A stretch of DNA of 63,441 bases, the filler included, from Chiloscyllium plagiosum (lineage: Eukaryota): the NCBI RefSeq assembly GCF_004010195.1. It is 4 parts of one record of this genome, joined end to end, with 100 filler letters (N's around TTAATTAATTAA, not from the genome) between each part and the next. Parts side by side here need not be neighbours in the genome. Positions count along the whole stretch, not along the records: positions 22,500 to 45,565 come from NC_057712.1; positions 45,666 to 58,618 come from NC_057712.1; 2 more parts are not named here. The stretch is one strand, 5' to 3'. Both the position numbers and the translations under genes were made by a program. Within the stretch, counting starts at the first letter, position 1. The number at the start of each line of letters is the position of its first letter. The notes under the pieces are model-generated. The model searched no databases. It was not told where the DNA came from and saw only the letters and a list, made by a program, of their open reading frames with translations. This document shows positions 37,202 through 48,975 of the stretch, piece after piece.

Positions 37202-37563
37202 CTTCTTCTCTAAATAACAGATTTCTCTCCCACTTTTGTACTTGCCACAAGTTATGTTTTTGAAAATATCTTTTTAAATCTCTGACATCTGTGCATTTGG
37301 TGTTCACTACCATTCCTTATTTTCTTTGAGAAACTGATTATCTCAACAGCATATCACATTTATATAGCACCTTCAATGTATTAAGTGTCCACTGCTATGG
37401 AAACTCTGCTAAGGATAATGCTGGGAAAAGGCTGAAACTTTACCTTGTTGTTTACGTTAAAATCTTTCTCAATTGTTATCGCTAAAACAAACACAGAAAA
37501 TGCTGGCTGAAACTTTATTGCTGGAACAGCACAGCAGGTCAGGCAGCATCTAGGGAACAGAAG

Positions 37564-37599
37564 ATTCGACGTTTCGGGCACATGCCCTTCTTCAGGAAT
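37564..37599 (-). ncRNA. Minimal type I hammerhead ribozyme motif (mirror copy)
   Basis: Exact reverse complement of 37604-37639. Confidence 0.75.
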
Positions 37600-37603
37600 G
37601 CCC

Positions 37604-37639
37604 ATTCCTGAAGAAGGGCATGTGCCCGAAACGTCGAAT
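37604..37639 (+). ncRNA. Minimal type I hammerhead ribozyme motif
   Basis: ATTC-CTGAAGA-A-GGGC-ATGT-GCCC-GAAAC-GTC-GAAT: complete CUGANGA/GAAA/UH core, stem I ATTC/GAAT, palindromic ACGT helix III; predicted cut after C37635. Confidence 0.75.
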
Positions 37640-38103
37640 CTTCTGTTCCCTAGATGCTGCCTGACCTGCTGTGCTGTTCCAGCAATAAAGTTTCAGCTTT
37701 GATCTCCAGCGTCTGCAGACCTCACTTTCTCCACAGAAAATGCTGGAAAGACTCAGCAGGTCTGGAGCAATTGTAGAGAAAGAGTTTTGTTTCAAGTCCT
37801 ATATAACTCTTCTTCAGACAGGAAAGGTGTTGGAAAACGTGCTTTAAATACTTTTTAAAGAGGCAGAGGAGGAACAGGAGGGCAGATGGTGTAGAGCCTC
37901 ACTGTAAAAGACAAAGGGGTTGTTAATGGTGGTGAAAGAGAAAAAGAGACGCAAAATGGGTGTAAATTAACATGTGAAAGGGAAAGAATGGGTCGTCTCT
38001 TTCAACAGAAAAGTAAATGCACAAACAAGATAAAGATGTAGAGGATGGGGAGAGAATGTAAGAAAAGCAGAGAACAGGTATAATGCAGTCAGTATTTGAA
38101 GTT

Positions 38104-38515
38104 ATAGAGTCATAGAGATGTACAGCATGGAAACAGTCCCTTCGGTCCAACCTGTCCATGCAGACCAGATATCCCAACCCAATCTAGTCCTACCTGCCAG
38201 CCTCTAAACCTTTCCTATTCATATACCCATCCAAATGCCTCTTAGATGTTGCAATTGTACCAGCCTCCACCACATCCTCTGGCAGCTCATTCCATACACG
38301 TACCACCCTCTGCGTGAAAAAGTTGCCCCTTAAGTCTCTTTTATATCTTTCCCCTCTCACCTTAAACCTTTGCCCTCTAGTTCTGGACTCCCTGACCCCA
38401 GGGAAAAGACTTTGTCTATTTATCCTATCCATGCCCCTCTTAATTTTGTAAACCTCTATAAGGTCACCCCTCAGCCTCCAATGCTCCAGGGAAAACAGCC
38501 CCAGCCTGTTCAGCT
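38104..38515 (-). mobile_element. CR1 3' fragment
   Basis: RGNFFTQRVVRVWNELPE plus 3'UTR and tail. Confidence 0.95.
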
Positions 38516-38998
38516 ATGGAATTCAATGTTGAGACCTCAAGGCTATAAAGAGCCCAAGTGGTCAATGAGTTATTGCTCCTCCAGTTTTCGTTGTACTTCA
38601 CTAAAAGATTGCAGTAGGTCTAGGACAGAAATGTTAGAATGAGAACAAGATGGTTTCTTGAAGTGACAAGCAACTGAGAGGTTAGAATCATTCCTATGGA
38701 CAGAATGCAGGCGTTCCACAAAGTGGTCTGCTTTTGGTCTCGTCAAACGTAAAGATGACCAGAACAATAGCTAATTTTTCTGCTTAAGCAGATTTCGAGC
38801 ATTTGCAACACTTTACTTTTATATATACTTTAGCTCTATTCGTTTTTGTCTTTAGTCTTTTTCATGTCAAAGCTTCTTTCAATTAGAATCCAGGCACCAA
38901 CAAGTCAGCACTCTTCTCTGATGTAGTATAAATGTTGATTTGCCCTTAAACTGTATGCCTGTAAAATGCCTTGATGAATGCCAGACAAAAATTTTTCT

Positions 38999-39191
38999 AG
39001 GCGAAAGTGAGGACTGTAGATGCTGGAGATCAGAGTCAAAATGTGTGGTGCTGGAAAAGCACAGCTGGTCAGGCAGCATCTGAGGAGCAGTTAACATTCC
39101 TGATGAAAGACTTATGCCGGAAACATGAATTTTCCTGCTCCTTGGATGCTGCCTGACCTGCTGTGCTTTTCCATTGCCACACTTTTCGACT
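38999..39191. mobile_element. Fold-back pLTR element (family 1), tail on the left
   Basis: Inverted arms; degenerate CTGATGA..GAAAC core; degenerate TSD AAAAA(TT/GA)TTTCTA. Confidence 0.8.
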
Positions 39192-39314
39192 TGAAAAAGA
39201 TTTCTATGCAAGGACAGAAAACAGTCAAGTAATAATGGAATTCCATTCTTTATTACAAGATGAATTGAAAATAAAATAAGGATGTTATGCTTCAGTAATG
39301 TAAGTCTGGAATAA

Positions 39315-39729
39315 AGGAAAACTGAAAGAAATGCATTGGAGATGCCAGTGTTGGACTGGGGTGGACAAAGTTAAAAATCACACAACATCAGGTTATAGTC
39401 CAAGAGGTTTATTTGGAAGCACTAGCTTTCGGAGCGCTGCTCCTTCCTAATGAAGGAACCGCCTGATGAAGGAGCAATGCTCTGAAAGCTAATGCTTCCA
39501 AATAAACCCGTTGGATTATAACCTAGTGTTGTGTGATGTTTAACTTTGAAAGAACTGCAGATGCTGTAAAACAGAACAAAAACAGAAGTTTGCGGTAAAA
39601 GATCAGCAGGTGTGGTAGCATCTGTCAAGAGAAATCAAAGTTAACATTTCGGGTCCAGCGACCCTTCCACAGAACTGACAGATGCTGCCAGACCTGTTGC
39701 GCTCTTCCAGCAACTTCTGTTTTTGTTTC
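39315..39729. mobile_element. Fold-back pLTR element (family 3) hosting a family 2 insertion
   Basis: Inverted arms ~39575-39627 and ~39676-39727; flanks TCT(G/A)GAATAAAG on both sides. Confidence 0.7.
39336..39546. mobile_element. Fold-back pLTR element (family 2)
   Basis: Inverted arms around ~39450; TSD TGAAAGAA(A/C)TGCA at 39323-39335 and 39547-39559; hammerhead-like cores on both strands. Confidence 0.85.
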
Positions 39730-39822
39730 TAGAATAAAGTTGTTTTAGGATGAAAAGTTGGAGAGATTCGGCTTGTTTTCACTTGGACTTAGAAGAGTCG
39801 GGGGTGACTTGGTTACCCGAAG

Positions 39823-40140
39823 GGTGGCACGGTGGCACAGTGGTTAGCACTGCTGCCTCACAGCACCAGAGACCCGGGTTCAATTCCCACCTCAAGCAAC
39901 TGTCTGTGTGGAGTTTGCACATTCTCCCCATGTCTGCGTGGGTTTCCTCCAGGTGCTCCGGTTTCCTCCCACAGTCCAAAGATGTACAGGTTAGGTGAAT
40001 TGGCCATGCTAAATTGCCCGTAGTGTTAGTTGAAGGGGTAAATGTAGGGGAAAGGGTCTGGGTGGATTGATCTGTGGAGGGTCGGTGTGGATTTATTGTG
40101 CCGAAGGGCCTGTTTCCACACTGTAAGTAATCTAATCTAA
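39823..40140 (+). mobile_element. HE1-like V-SINE
   Basis: A/B boxes, V core, (AATCT)n tail. Confidence 0.9.
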
Positions 40141-40404
40141 ACTGTCTCACCTTCTCAACCTTGCCCCTCACCTGAGGCGTGGTGACCCTCAGGTTAAACT
40201 CACCATCTGTCATCTCTCTCTCTCTACTAAGAAAATAGCCATATGGGACTATGGACACTTGACCATAAGGTGGTGAATAATGTTGACAAGGTGGAAGTTG
40301 AAAATATGTTTACTCTTGGGGTGAGGTCAGAACTGGGGGGACAATTTATAAAAAAAATAGTGAGTACCATTTTAAGACAGAGATAACGAGAAATTATTTA
40401 GACA

Positions 40405-41425
40405 AAATAGAAGCAGGCCATTCAGCCCCTTGAGCTTGTTCCACCATTCAATGCAATTTTGGCTGATCTGTAGTCTAACTTCAGATATCAGCCTTTGGCC
40501 CATCTCCCTTAATAACTTAATAACAAAATGTATCTATCGCTGATTTAAATTAACAACTGGTCTAGCATCTAACAGTGGCACGGTGGCTCAGTGGTTAGCA
40601 ATGCTGCCTCACGGCACTAGGTGCTGAAGGTTCGATTCCAGCCTCGGGTGACTGTCTACGTGGAATTTGCACATTCTCCCCATGTCTGCGTTCATTTCCT
40701 CCGGGTGTCCAAAGATGTGCAGGTTAGGTGAATTGGCCATGCTAAATTGCCCATAGTGCTAAGTGCTTTAGTCAGAGAGAAATGGGTCTGGGTGAGTTAC
40801 TCTACGGAAGGTCAGTGTGGACTGTTTAGGCCGAAGGGCCTGTTTCCGCACTATAAGGAATCTAATCTGATCTAATCCACTGCCGTTTGTGAAGGAGAGT
40901 TTTAAACATTTACCAATCTTTGTATGTAAAAGTGCTTCCCAACAGCCTGAATGGTCTAGTCCTAATTCTTTGACTATGCTCCCTAATTCTTGAATTCCCA
41001 ACCCAATGAAATCTTTATCTAGCTTATCTTTATATATCCTGTCTTTTCTTGTTCACAACTTGAAGGTTTTGATCAGATCACTCCTTAACCTTCAAAATTC
41101 GAGAGAAAATAAGCCTAATTTGTATAATCTCTCCTCATAATTTACCCCTGATGTTCAGATATCATTCTTGTAAACCTAAGTTGTACACCCCCAAGGAGGG
41201 ATCTGTGGAACTTTGGAACTCTGCCCCAGAAGGTGTTGACGGCAGGGTCATTTAATATTTTTAATGCATAGGTAGACTCATGATAAGCAATGGAATCAAA
41301 GATTATCAGGATAGTTGGGAATGTGAGAACTCAAAACACAAACTGATCAGCTTTGATCTGATTGGATGGTGAAGCAGGCTCGAGGGAATCAAATGGTCTA
41401 CTTTCACTCTTAGTCATATGTCTGT
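40405..41425. mobile_element. Old CR1 3' fragments (40405-41195 minus; 41195-41425 plus)
   Basis: Degenerate CR1 3'UTR and ORF2 C-terminal similarity. Confidence 0.6.
40575..40876 (+). mobile_element. HE1-like V-SINE
   Basis: GGTGGCTCAGTGGTTAGC, GGTTCGATTCC, V core, (AATCT)n tail. Confidence 0.9.
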
Positions 41426-41460
41426 CAGTGAAAAGATGTGAGTTAGGTTATGTGCAGCAG

Positions 41461-41600
41461 AGTTCTAGATGATCTCAAATTTACAGCGGGTAGCATGTGA
41501 CAAGTCAGCCAGTGAGTTCCAATATTCAAGTCTTGATGTAACAAAGGTAACAATGAGGATTTCAGCAGCAGTGCAGTTGAGACAGGGGCAAAGTTAGTTA
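41461..41600 (-). mobile_element. L2 LINE fragment
   Basis: Minus-strand peptide CPCLNCTAAEILIVTFVTSRLEY resembles the L2 motif AAETLIHAFVTSRLDY. Confidence 0.6.
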
Positions 41601-42087
41601 AATTCCAGTCCATTCAGAGCAATTGATTATGTCTCACTGAACACCACTCCCAAGCCTTTTCCTTTTTGATTGTATCAATCATATTAAAGCAATTTCAATG
41701 TAAAATTATGCAGAACTCTTTTTATTATTTCATTATATCTCAAAAACTCCTTCTGCTTATTCTGGTGTTGCAAATGATTCCTCCCACAGGTACCTTTTGC
41801 AATTTTTGTTTTTACCATTGCACATTAGCTGGAATTCATATCTATTATTACTGTCATGTAACCACAGATGAATTATTTTCCTAGAATTAGGATGTAGACT
41901 ACAATCTGGTCAATGCGAACACCACGTTTTCTTGAAACAAGCACATTAGAATAAAATCCTGTAAAATCTGGGACATGGATTCAAATTTGCTTCATGTATA
42001 AAACAATTCTGTTATCCATCAGCAATATCAATTACTGCCTAAAAACTAGATGTGAATGTAATCAAGCAGAGGCACATTACACTAACT

Positions 42088-42447
42088 TGGGGAGGTGGTG
42101 GTGGAATATTGTTATCACTAGACTATTAAACCAGAGCCCTGGATAATACGTTGTCAGGACCCTGGTCCGAATCCTGCATGGCTGATGGTGGAATTTGAAT
42201 TCAATAAAAACAAATCTGGAATTAAGAGCCAAATGAGCATGAATCAATTACTGAATGCTGGGAAAACTCATCACTAATATCTTTTGAAGAAGGAAAACTG
42301 CCATTTTTACTTGGTCTGGTCCACGTTATCCCAGAACCAAAGTAATGTGGTTGACTCTTCACTGCCGTCTGGGCAATTAGGGATGGGCAATAAATGCTGG
42401 CCCAGCCAGGAATGCTCAAACCTGGGAATAAATGAAACAAAAATAAA
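42088..42447 (+). mobile_element. Full-length SINE related to family B LINE ends
   Basis: tRNA-like head (GGTCCGAATCC), body AATGTGGTTGACTCTT, tail GGGCAATTAGGGATGGGCAATAAATGCTGGCC, A-rich end. Confidence 0.75.
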
Positions 42448-42824
42448 TTATACTGACCACACAAGGTCTTATCTGAATATTGTATGAAGGAATCTGTTAC
42501 ACATATACCTATAGGATCTGAAAATGTAATCAACTTGGTGTCGACACTGCATTCTATGTCAACATTGTATTTTCATTGTCAGAAAAATCTTTTAGAAATA
42601 AGCATATTTGCTACTGCACATTTCTTCTTCATAGCATTTCAGACTTTATTACAAGTCCTGATAAGAACAAATTATAAACCGACAACAGTATTCCTATTTA
42701 CAGTACAGCCTTAAATTAAACATAATTAGCATCGTGCCCTGTTTTAGGAAGTGGTGAGCAATTGCAGTTTTCAATGGGCTGAGCCAATGCCCCAGTGCCA
42801 ACAGTTGAATAGGTTGTATGTATT

Positions 42825-43160
42825 GAAAAGAAAGACATTTACACAGCGCTTCTCATGACCAGTGGATGTTTTTAAATGTTTTACACCCAAAAACATATTT
42901 TATCAGTAAAGTTGTCACAGCAGCCAATTGACACATAGCAAACTCCCCCAAATAGCTTTACGATAACAATCTGTTTTTGCGAAGTTGATTGAGGGATAAA
43001 TATTCCTGCTCTTTTTCAAATTAGTGGCACAGAATCTTTCACATTCATTGAGCAGGGAGATGAGCTCCAGTTTAATACCTTACCAACAGATGGCATACCA
43101 CAGAAGGTTCCCACTTATTTCTGCACTTAAGCTTTGGAGCAGGATTCAAACCTGGAACCA
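42825..43160 (-). mobile_element. Deu-domain SINE (SacSINE1/AmnSINE1-like), degenerate
   Basis: GCAGCCAATTGACACATAGCAAACTCCC..GTTGATTGAGGGATAAATATT..CCTGCTCTTTTTCAAA; B box at ~43140-43152. Confidence 0.7.
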
Positions 43161-44876
43161 TGCATTAAGAATTCTAACATTAGTGGTGGGAAACTGCTGG
43201 AGTGCATAATCAGGAATCTATAATCAAGGATGGGATATGCTGTGTTCCTATGAAATTGCGTTTCAACTTAGACTAGCCCAACCTTCAACCTTCATGATAA
43301 AGGTATGGTCTTGCAACAGTGCCATGGAATGCAATAATCAGCTTTTTGTAGTTGTCTCTGGTCAGTGGCTATCCTTGTTGAACTACAACACAAGGAACAA
43401 ATGGTCAAAATTTAGAAATAGGCAGAGGAGTAGACTACTCGGCCCTTCAAACCTGCTCCGCCATTTAATAGGATCATGGCTGAAAATCCCTGCATAAAGA
43501 TGCATTATCCAGCAAAGATGAATCAAAGGTGAGGGAGGCAGAGTGAGGAGTGGGTTAAGGTGCACAGAGGAGTAAAGTGGAAAGAGCCTGAGAGTGGTGA
43601 GAACAGTCAGTCGAGGTAAGAAACTGATGAGCCTAAAGGGCAGTATCAATATTGCCCAAACATGGGTCCATGTCAGGTACTGGCTGTTGTGCACCAGAAG
43701 GTAACTCTACTTAATAGTGAAATCTACAGTTTTCTTGAGAGCTTTATTTCAGCTTACCACACATTATAAAATTTTCACACCACTAATTATTAGTTTTTTT
43801 AATTAGCCTGCTCAGGGAGCTATTATTGTGTGTTTCTGAAGCAACTGCGCCTCCTAGTTAAGAGGTAAAGACACTACCACAGTGCTACACGAACCCTCTA
43901 TCACTGTTTATTTATAATACATATTTTCTAACTAACCTATTCAAAGGTGTTACCACACATGTCTGGAGGAGGGACTTGAATCCAGGAGTCTTGGCCCAGA
44001 ACTTTGGACACTACCACTGCGCCACAATGTAGTTGTTCCCCACATTTATGCAACCCATTTACCCTGAAACTAACACGTCCATCACCTCTTTCTTCTAATT
44101 GATTAATATTCGGAACATAATAGCAAAATGGAAACTTGATTTGCACACAGAAATGGTTAGGTTGATGGTTAATCTTTCTAATTGGTCTCAGGCAATCCTT
44201 CAGACCATATTAGATGATGACTTTGGCTAGCATGATCTTCACAGGGTTTGAGTTCATCCATAATACTTCAGTTATCCCTGCTGAGTACGATCTTGGACAA
44301 TTCCTTTACAATGCATGGAACAGAAAAGACAAGTTCAACCTGGAAGTTCAGTCATGTCCCACATAGTGGCGAGTATGGCACTGGACACTATTATTCAACA
44401 GTGAGCTTAAAAACACATGATTTCTTCGGAAATGAAGAAATGCATCCAACTTTCTTGTAGTTCTTAGTAAATGTTTACCATGAGGTATGCCAGGCCACAC
44501 AATTCTCTTGACTAAACTGGTGTCAACAAATAGTGATGATGCATGAATAGACTGAAACTAATGTAACATGAAACATTTAGAAGTAAAATTTAAATTTGAA
44601 AATTACGTATGCGTTCTCAGTAAGCTTCATGTTAATAGAAAATGCAGTCGGACAGGAAAGTTGTGGCTGTGTTGCAGGGCCTTCCTGTTTGAACAGGGGA
44701 TTCCTTTACAGCCTACCTGCACCTACTGGAATGTCAGCTGATGACAGGTCTCATTATGGAAAAGCTCACCTATACCAATCAAGTGGTTGCAGATATCTCC
44801 CCTGCACACCACCAGCACTTTAAATATTAATTGTAATCATGTGGGAACAGCAAAAAACAAGACAGCAGAAGTATGT

Positions 44877-45565
44877 GGATTCAGTATGTGGATGTACCTA
44901 CCAGAGAAGTTGCAAAACTTGATCTACTCTTGGGAAATAAGGCAGGGCAGGTGACTGAGGTGTCAGTGGGGGAGCACTTTGGGGCCAGTGACCATAATTC
45001 TGTGCATTTTAAAATAGTGATGGAAAAGGATAGACCAGATCTAAAAGTTGAAGTTCTAAATTGGAGAAAGGCCAATTTTGACGGTATTAGGCAAGAACTT
45101 TCAAAAGCTGATTGGAGGCAGATGTTCGCAGGTAAAGGGACGGCCGGAAAATGGGAAGCCTTCAGAAATGAGATAACAAGAATCCAGAGAAAGTATATTC
45201 CTGTCAGGTTGATAGGAAAGGCTGGAAACTATAGGGAATGCTGGATGACTAAAGAAATTGAGGGTTTGGTTAAGAAAAAGAAGGAAGCATATGTCAGTTA
45301 CAGACAGGATAGATCGAGTGAACCCTTAGAAGAGTATAAAGAAAGTAGGAGTATACTTAAGAGGGAAATCAGGAGGGCAAAACGGGGACATTAGATAGCT
45401 TTGGCAAATAGAATTAATGAGAATCCAAAGGGGTTTTACAAATATATTAAGGACAAAAGGGTAACTAGGGAGAGAATAGGGCCCCTCAAAGATCAGCAAG
45501 GCGGCCTTTGTGTGGAGCCACAGAAAATGGGGGAGATACTAAACGAGTATTTTGCATCAGTATTT
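44877..45565 (+). mobile_element. CR1 ORF2 fragment (EN C-terminus and linker) running into a gap
   Basis: PTREVAKLDLLL..ASDHNSV..KANFDGIRQEL. Confidence 0.95.
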
Positions 45566-45738
45566 NNNNNNNNNNNNNNNNNNNNNNNNNNNNNNNNNNN
45601 NNNNNNNNNTTAATTAATTAANNNNNNNNNNNNNNNNNNNNNNNNNNNNNNNNNNNNNNNNNNNNATGGCCATCCATGGGAATGTCATGCCCCACTAGCA
45701 GGACAGAACCAGGAGTTGTAAGGCAAGGATATGGAATA

Positions 45739-46047
45739 GAGCTGAAAATGTGTTGCTGGAAAAGCGCAGCAGGTCGAGCAGCATCCAAGGAGCAGGAGAA
45801 TCGACATTTCGGGCATGAGCCCTTCTTCAGGAAGCCCTTCTTCACCTTATCACCCTCGCCTTAACCTCTTTCCACCTATCGCATTTCCAACGCCCCTTCC
45901 CCAAGTCCCTCCTCCCTGCCTTTTATCTTAGCCTGCTTGGCACACTTTCCTCATTCCTGAAGAAGGGCTCATGCCCGAAATGTCGATTCTCCTGCTCCTT
46001 GGATGCTGTCTGACCTGCTGCACTTTTCCAGCAACGCATTTTCAGCT
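45739..46047. mobile_element. Fold-back pLTR element (family 1) with a spacer from its own 3'UTR
   Basis: Inverted arms 45739-45832 and 45953-46047; spacer is the reverse complement of 11350-11455. Confidence 0.85.
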
Positions 46048-46376
46048 GTTATTTTTAAATGACTACAACTCTCAAATACATTCAACATTAATGTAGTTCA
46101 CAATGGTGTGATTCTGCTATCTCACCATTCCAAACAAATTCCACAAATAGCATATGGCACTGATTCATTCCACTTTTCACACTTTGCTCCTTGGATGCTG
46201 TCTGACCTGCTGCACTTTTCCAGCAACGCATTTTCAGCTGTTATTTTTAAATGACTACAACTCTCAAATACATTCAACATTAATGTAGTTCACAATGGTG
46301 TGATTCTGCTATCTCACCATTCCAAACAAATTCCACAAATAGCATATGGCACTGATTCATTCCACTTTTCACACTT
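45993..46376 (+). repeat. Perfect 192-bp tandem duplication
   Basis: Units 45993-46184 and 46185-46376 appear identical. Confidence 0.95.
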
Positions 46377-46644
46377 TAGTCGGACCACAGTGTGCCTAAA
46401 CATGATGTGCAGAACTTTATTCGTCTACATTGCTGGAAATTATTTGTATCATAATTTAGAAAGGGCATGATTTACAAAGTGTACTTTCAGGAGACTTAAG
46501 GCACACAAGTACATCAGTACAAGATGATTTTGCACCACGCCAGCACTGCAGTTCTAATCTAAATTCAGGCTGAAACAAAAATTACGGCTGGACAGGGCAC
46601 CAATGCAAAGTATTAAATGTCCTAGCGGAGGAAGTCTTACTCTT

Positions 46645-46781
46645 TAAAAAAAGCCAAAGAACTGCGGATGCTGGAAATCAGGAACAAAAGCAGAAATTGT
46701 TAGAAAAACTCAGCAGGTCTGGCAGCATCTGCAGAAACAAAGCAGAGGTAATGTTTCAGGTCCAGTGATCCTTCTTCAGAA
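46645..46781 (-). mobile_element. Penelope-like pLTR (family 3)
   Basis: Minus strand CTGAAGAAGGATCACTGGACCTGAAACATT. Confidence 0.75.
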
Positions 46782-46946
46782 ATCTAACAACTAATTGCAA
46801 TATACAAATTTAGTAATGGTATAAAGCTGACATTATATATCAGCAATAAACTTATAATGTAGACATGGACTTAAAGTGTAGTTATACTGATTTGATAACT
46901 GTATTCATCTCACTAGCAGGGGCTGCAATTCTGATGCTAGCCACAG

Positions 46947-47325
46947 TTGAAAAGTGTGGCGCTGGAAAAGCATAGCAGATCAGGCAGCATCCGAGAAGCA
47001 GGAGAATCGATGTTTCGGGCAAAAGCCTTTCATCAGGAACAATTCTCGTTTCCCTCCTTCTCTAGCCAATGCCTCCCAGTTCCAATTTGGATACTCTCTG
47101 TCCCAGCTCCAGCTCCAGCTCCAACTCCTGGATAGAGTGAAATCACTTGTGTTGTGTTCCTCTGCCAATCACAGACTGTTTCTCTCACTTTTCCTGCTAA
47201 ACGTCTCAGGTTTATGCCTGAAATGTCAATTCTCCTGCTCCCCGAATGCTGCCTGACCTGCTGTGCTTTTCCAGTGCCACACTTTTTGACTCTGATCGCC
47301 AGCATTTGCAGTCTTCACTTTCTAC
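46947..47325. mobile_element. Fold-back pLTR element (family 1) enclosing captured local DNA
   Basis: TSD CTGATGCT(A/C)GCCACAG at 46931-46946 and 47326-47341; spacer 47042-47209 is an inverted copy of 47508-47634. Confidence 0.9.
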
Positions 47326-48940
47326 CTGATGCTCGCCACAGACCAAACTAGGCCTGTCCAACAGGCAATCCTTAAGCAACCATGTGACCCACCAGTGAGT
47401 TCTTTGTAGCCTCCAGAGCCTTTCGTTATAATCCAGGTATGTGAAACCACAAGGTTTCAAATAAAGCTGCTCCCTTAATTAGAGACAATCTCTCTCTTCT
47501 GTTTCTGCTGAGAGGTTTAGCACGAAAAGTGAGAGAAACAGTCAGTGACTGGCAGAACACAAGTGATTTCACTCTATCCAGGAGTTGGAGCTGGAGCTGA
47601 GAGGCACTGGCTAGAGAAGGAGGCGAACGAGAATCAGTTTGTTGAGCAGAGTCTCCATTTTGTGGGTGTTAGATTGTTATCTGAAAAGGAGGAATGACAG
47701 TCAAGCCTCCATTAAGGATCTGGGAATGAGACAAAAATTGGAACCGTCAAATTTGGGAGCATGTACATGACAGTTGGACCATAATGAAAGAGGTGGTGGA
47801 ATGAGAGTGGCCTTAGTGAAGCAGCATTAACAGGAGCTTGATTTATTTATTTGTCCACCTTCTAAGGCAGTCAGCTAAGGGGATAATTTTATCAATGGTG
47901 GGACTAGCTTCAGGCAGGCTTCCCTGTTTCTCCAGGCATCAACATTTTGCCAACGGCAGATCAACCATCCACCAGGGCAGGGCAGCCTTCCAGCAGCAGA
48001 GAAGGGTTGCATTTTTTACTTCTAAGGGGAGACTATAGGCAGGAAAGGCAGGACCTGGAGCCCCATTGATAAATCCAGAGGATAGAAAAGGTAGCAATGA
48101 ACAGCACAGACCAGGAAAGCTGGCTGACCAGGAGGGTATATCAATGGCTCGCTGGGCAAGATTTTTCCCCTTCCTTCCCCAAAAAGGTATCCACAAAGCA
48201 GGCTTGGAGGTAAATAAACCCCAGTCCAAAAGGCAACCAGTTTCAAATCTCCATTTTCATGTGAATCCCAATGAGGCTAGTGCAGAATGTGCCCCATCAG
48301 ACGCAAACCAAAGTAAGTGTTAATTAAACCCAACTCCTTTCCTTGGCCTTGGCTTCATCCTCTTGGCAGCTGATCAGGGCGTGGGGCCTAGTCTTTTGCT
48401 CTAACTCTGATTCTTAGCCAAGAAGGTAAAATAGAATTTTGTTAATCAGCCACAAGACTAACTTCCCTTTTAAATTCCAGATCTACGGAACTCAAATGTT
48501 ACCATCTGCCATGGCAGGATTTAAAAGTCCCGTGGCAATACCAAAACTCAGTCAGCTGCCCTCTATTCCGTTGCTTTGCACTATTTAATGATTTTTTAAA
48601 AAATTAATTATTCATTACATTATCAATTTATTACTTTGGACTTTTCCTCCTTGAAATTCATGTTTACTGTTTCTGAAAGCCTGATCTCTCTGAAATGTGC
48701 ACACTGGCCCCTCCCAAGAACAGAAAAATTGCAATGTCCACCACTCCATGCAAATAGGTTGGACAATACTACAGGTCATTCTGCTATAATGCAACCTCTA
48801 CAACCTCGTGCTGTAGAAAATCACGCTATAGAAGATCGCTAATAGAAAATTATGATATGGAGGTGCCAGTGTTGGACTGGGGTGTACAAAGTTAAAAATC
48901 TCACAACACGAGGTTATAGTCCAACAGGTTTATTTGGAAG

Positions 48941-48975
48941 CACTAGCTTTCGGAGCGCTGCTCCTTCATCAAGTG
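48941..48975 (-). ncRNA. Minimal hammerhead motif (family 2; C3>U variant)
   Basis: CAC-TTGATGA-A-GGAGC-AGC-GCTCC-GAAA-GC-TA-GTG. Confidence 0.6.

Larger units (their letters stand above)
37507..37731. mobile_element. Perfect fold-back pLTR element (95-bp arms, 2-bp spacer, 34-bp tail, 15-bp TSD)
   Basis: Arms 37506-37600 and 37603-37697; TSD CACAGAAAATGCTGG at 37492-37506 and 37732-37746. Confidence 0.95.
37484..38810 (-). mobile_element. Older Penelope-like element remnant (family 3 pLTR + GIY-YIG C-terminus), interrupted twice
   Basis: pLTR at 37484-37506 + 37747-37817; peptide HFVERLHSVHRNDSNLSVACHF..RKLEEQ at 38570-38740. Confidence 0.65.

Noticed and set aside
39823..39895. tRNA-like A/B boxes as tRNA genes
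   Set aside because: They are SINE heads continuous with the V-core and tails.
47870..48430. GC-richer segment that might be a DNA-transposon relic
   Set aside because: No convincing TIR pair or TSD could be delimited.
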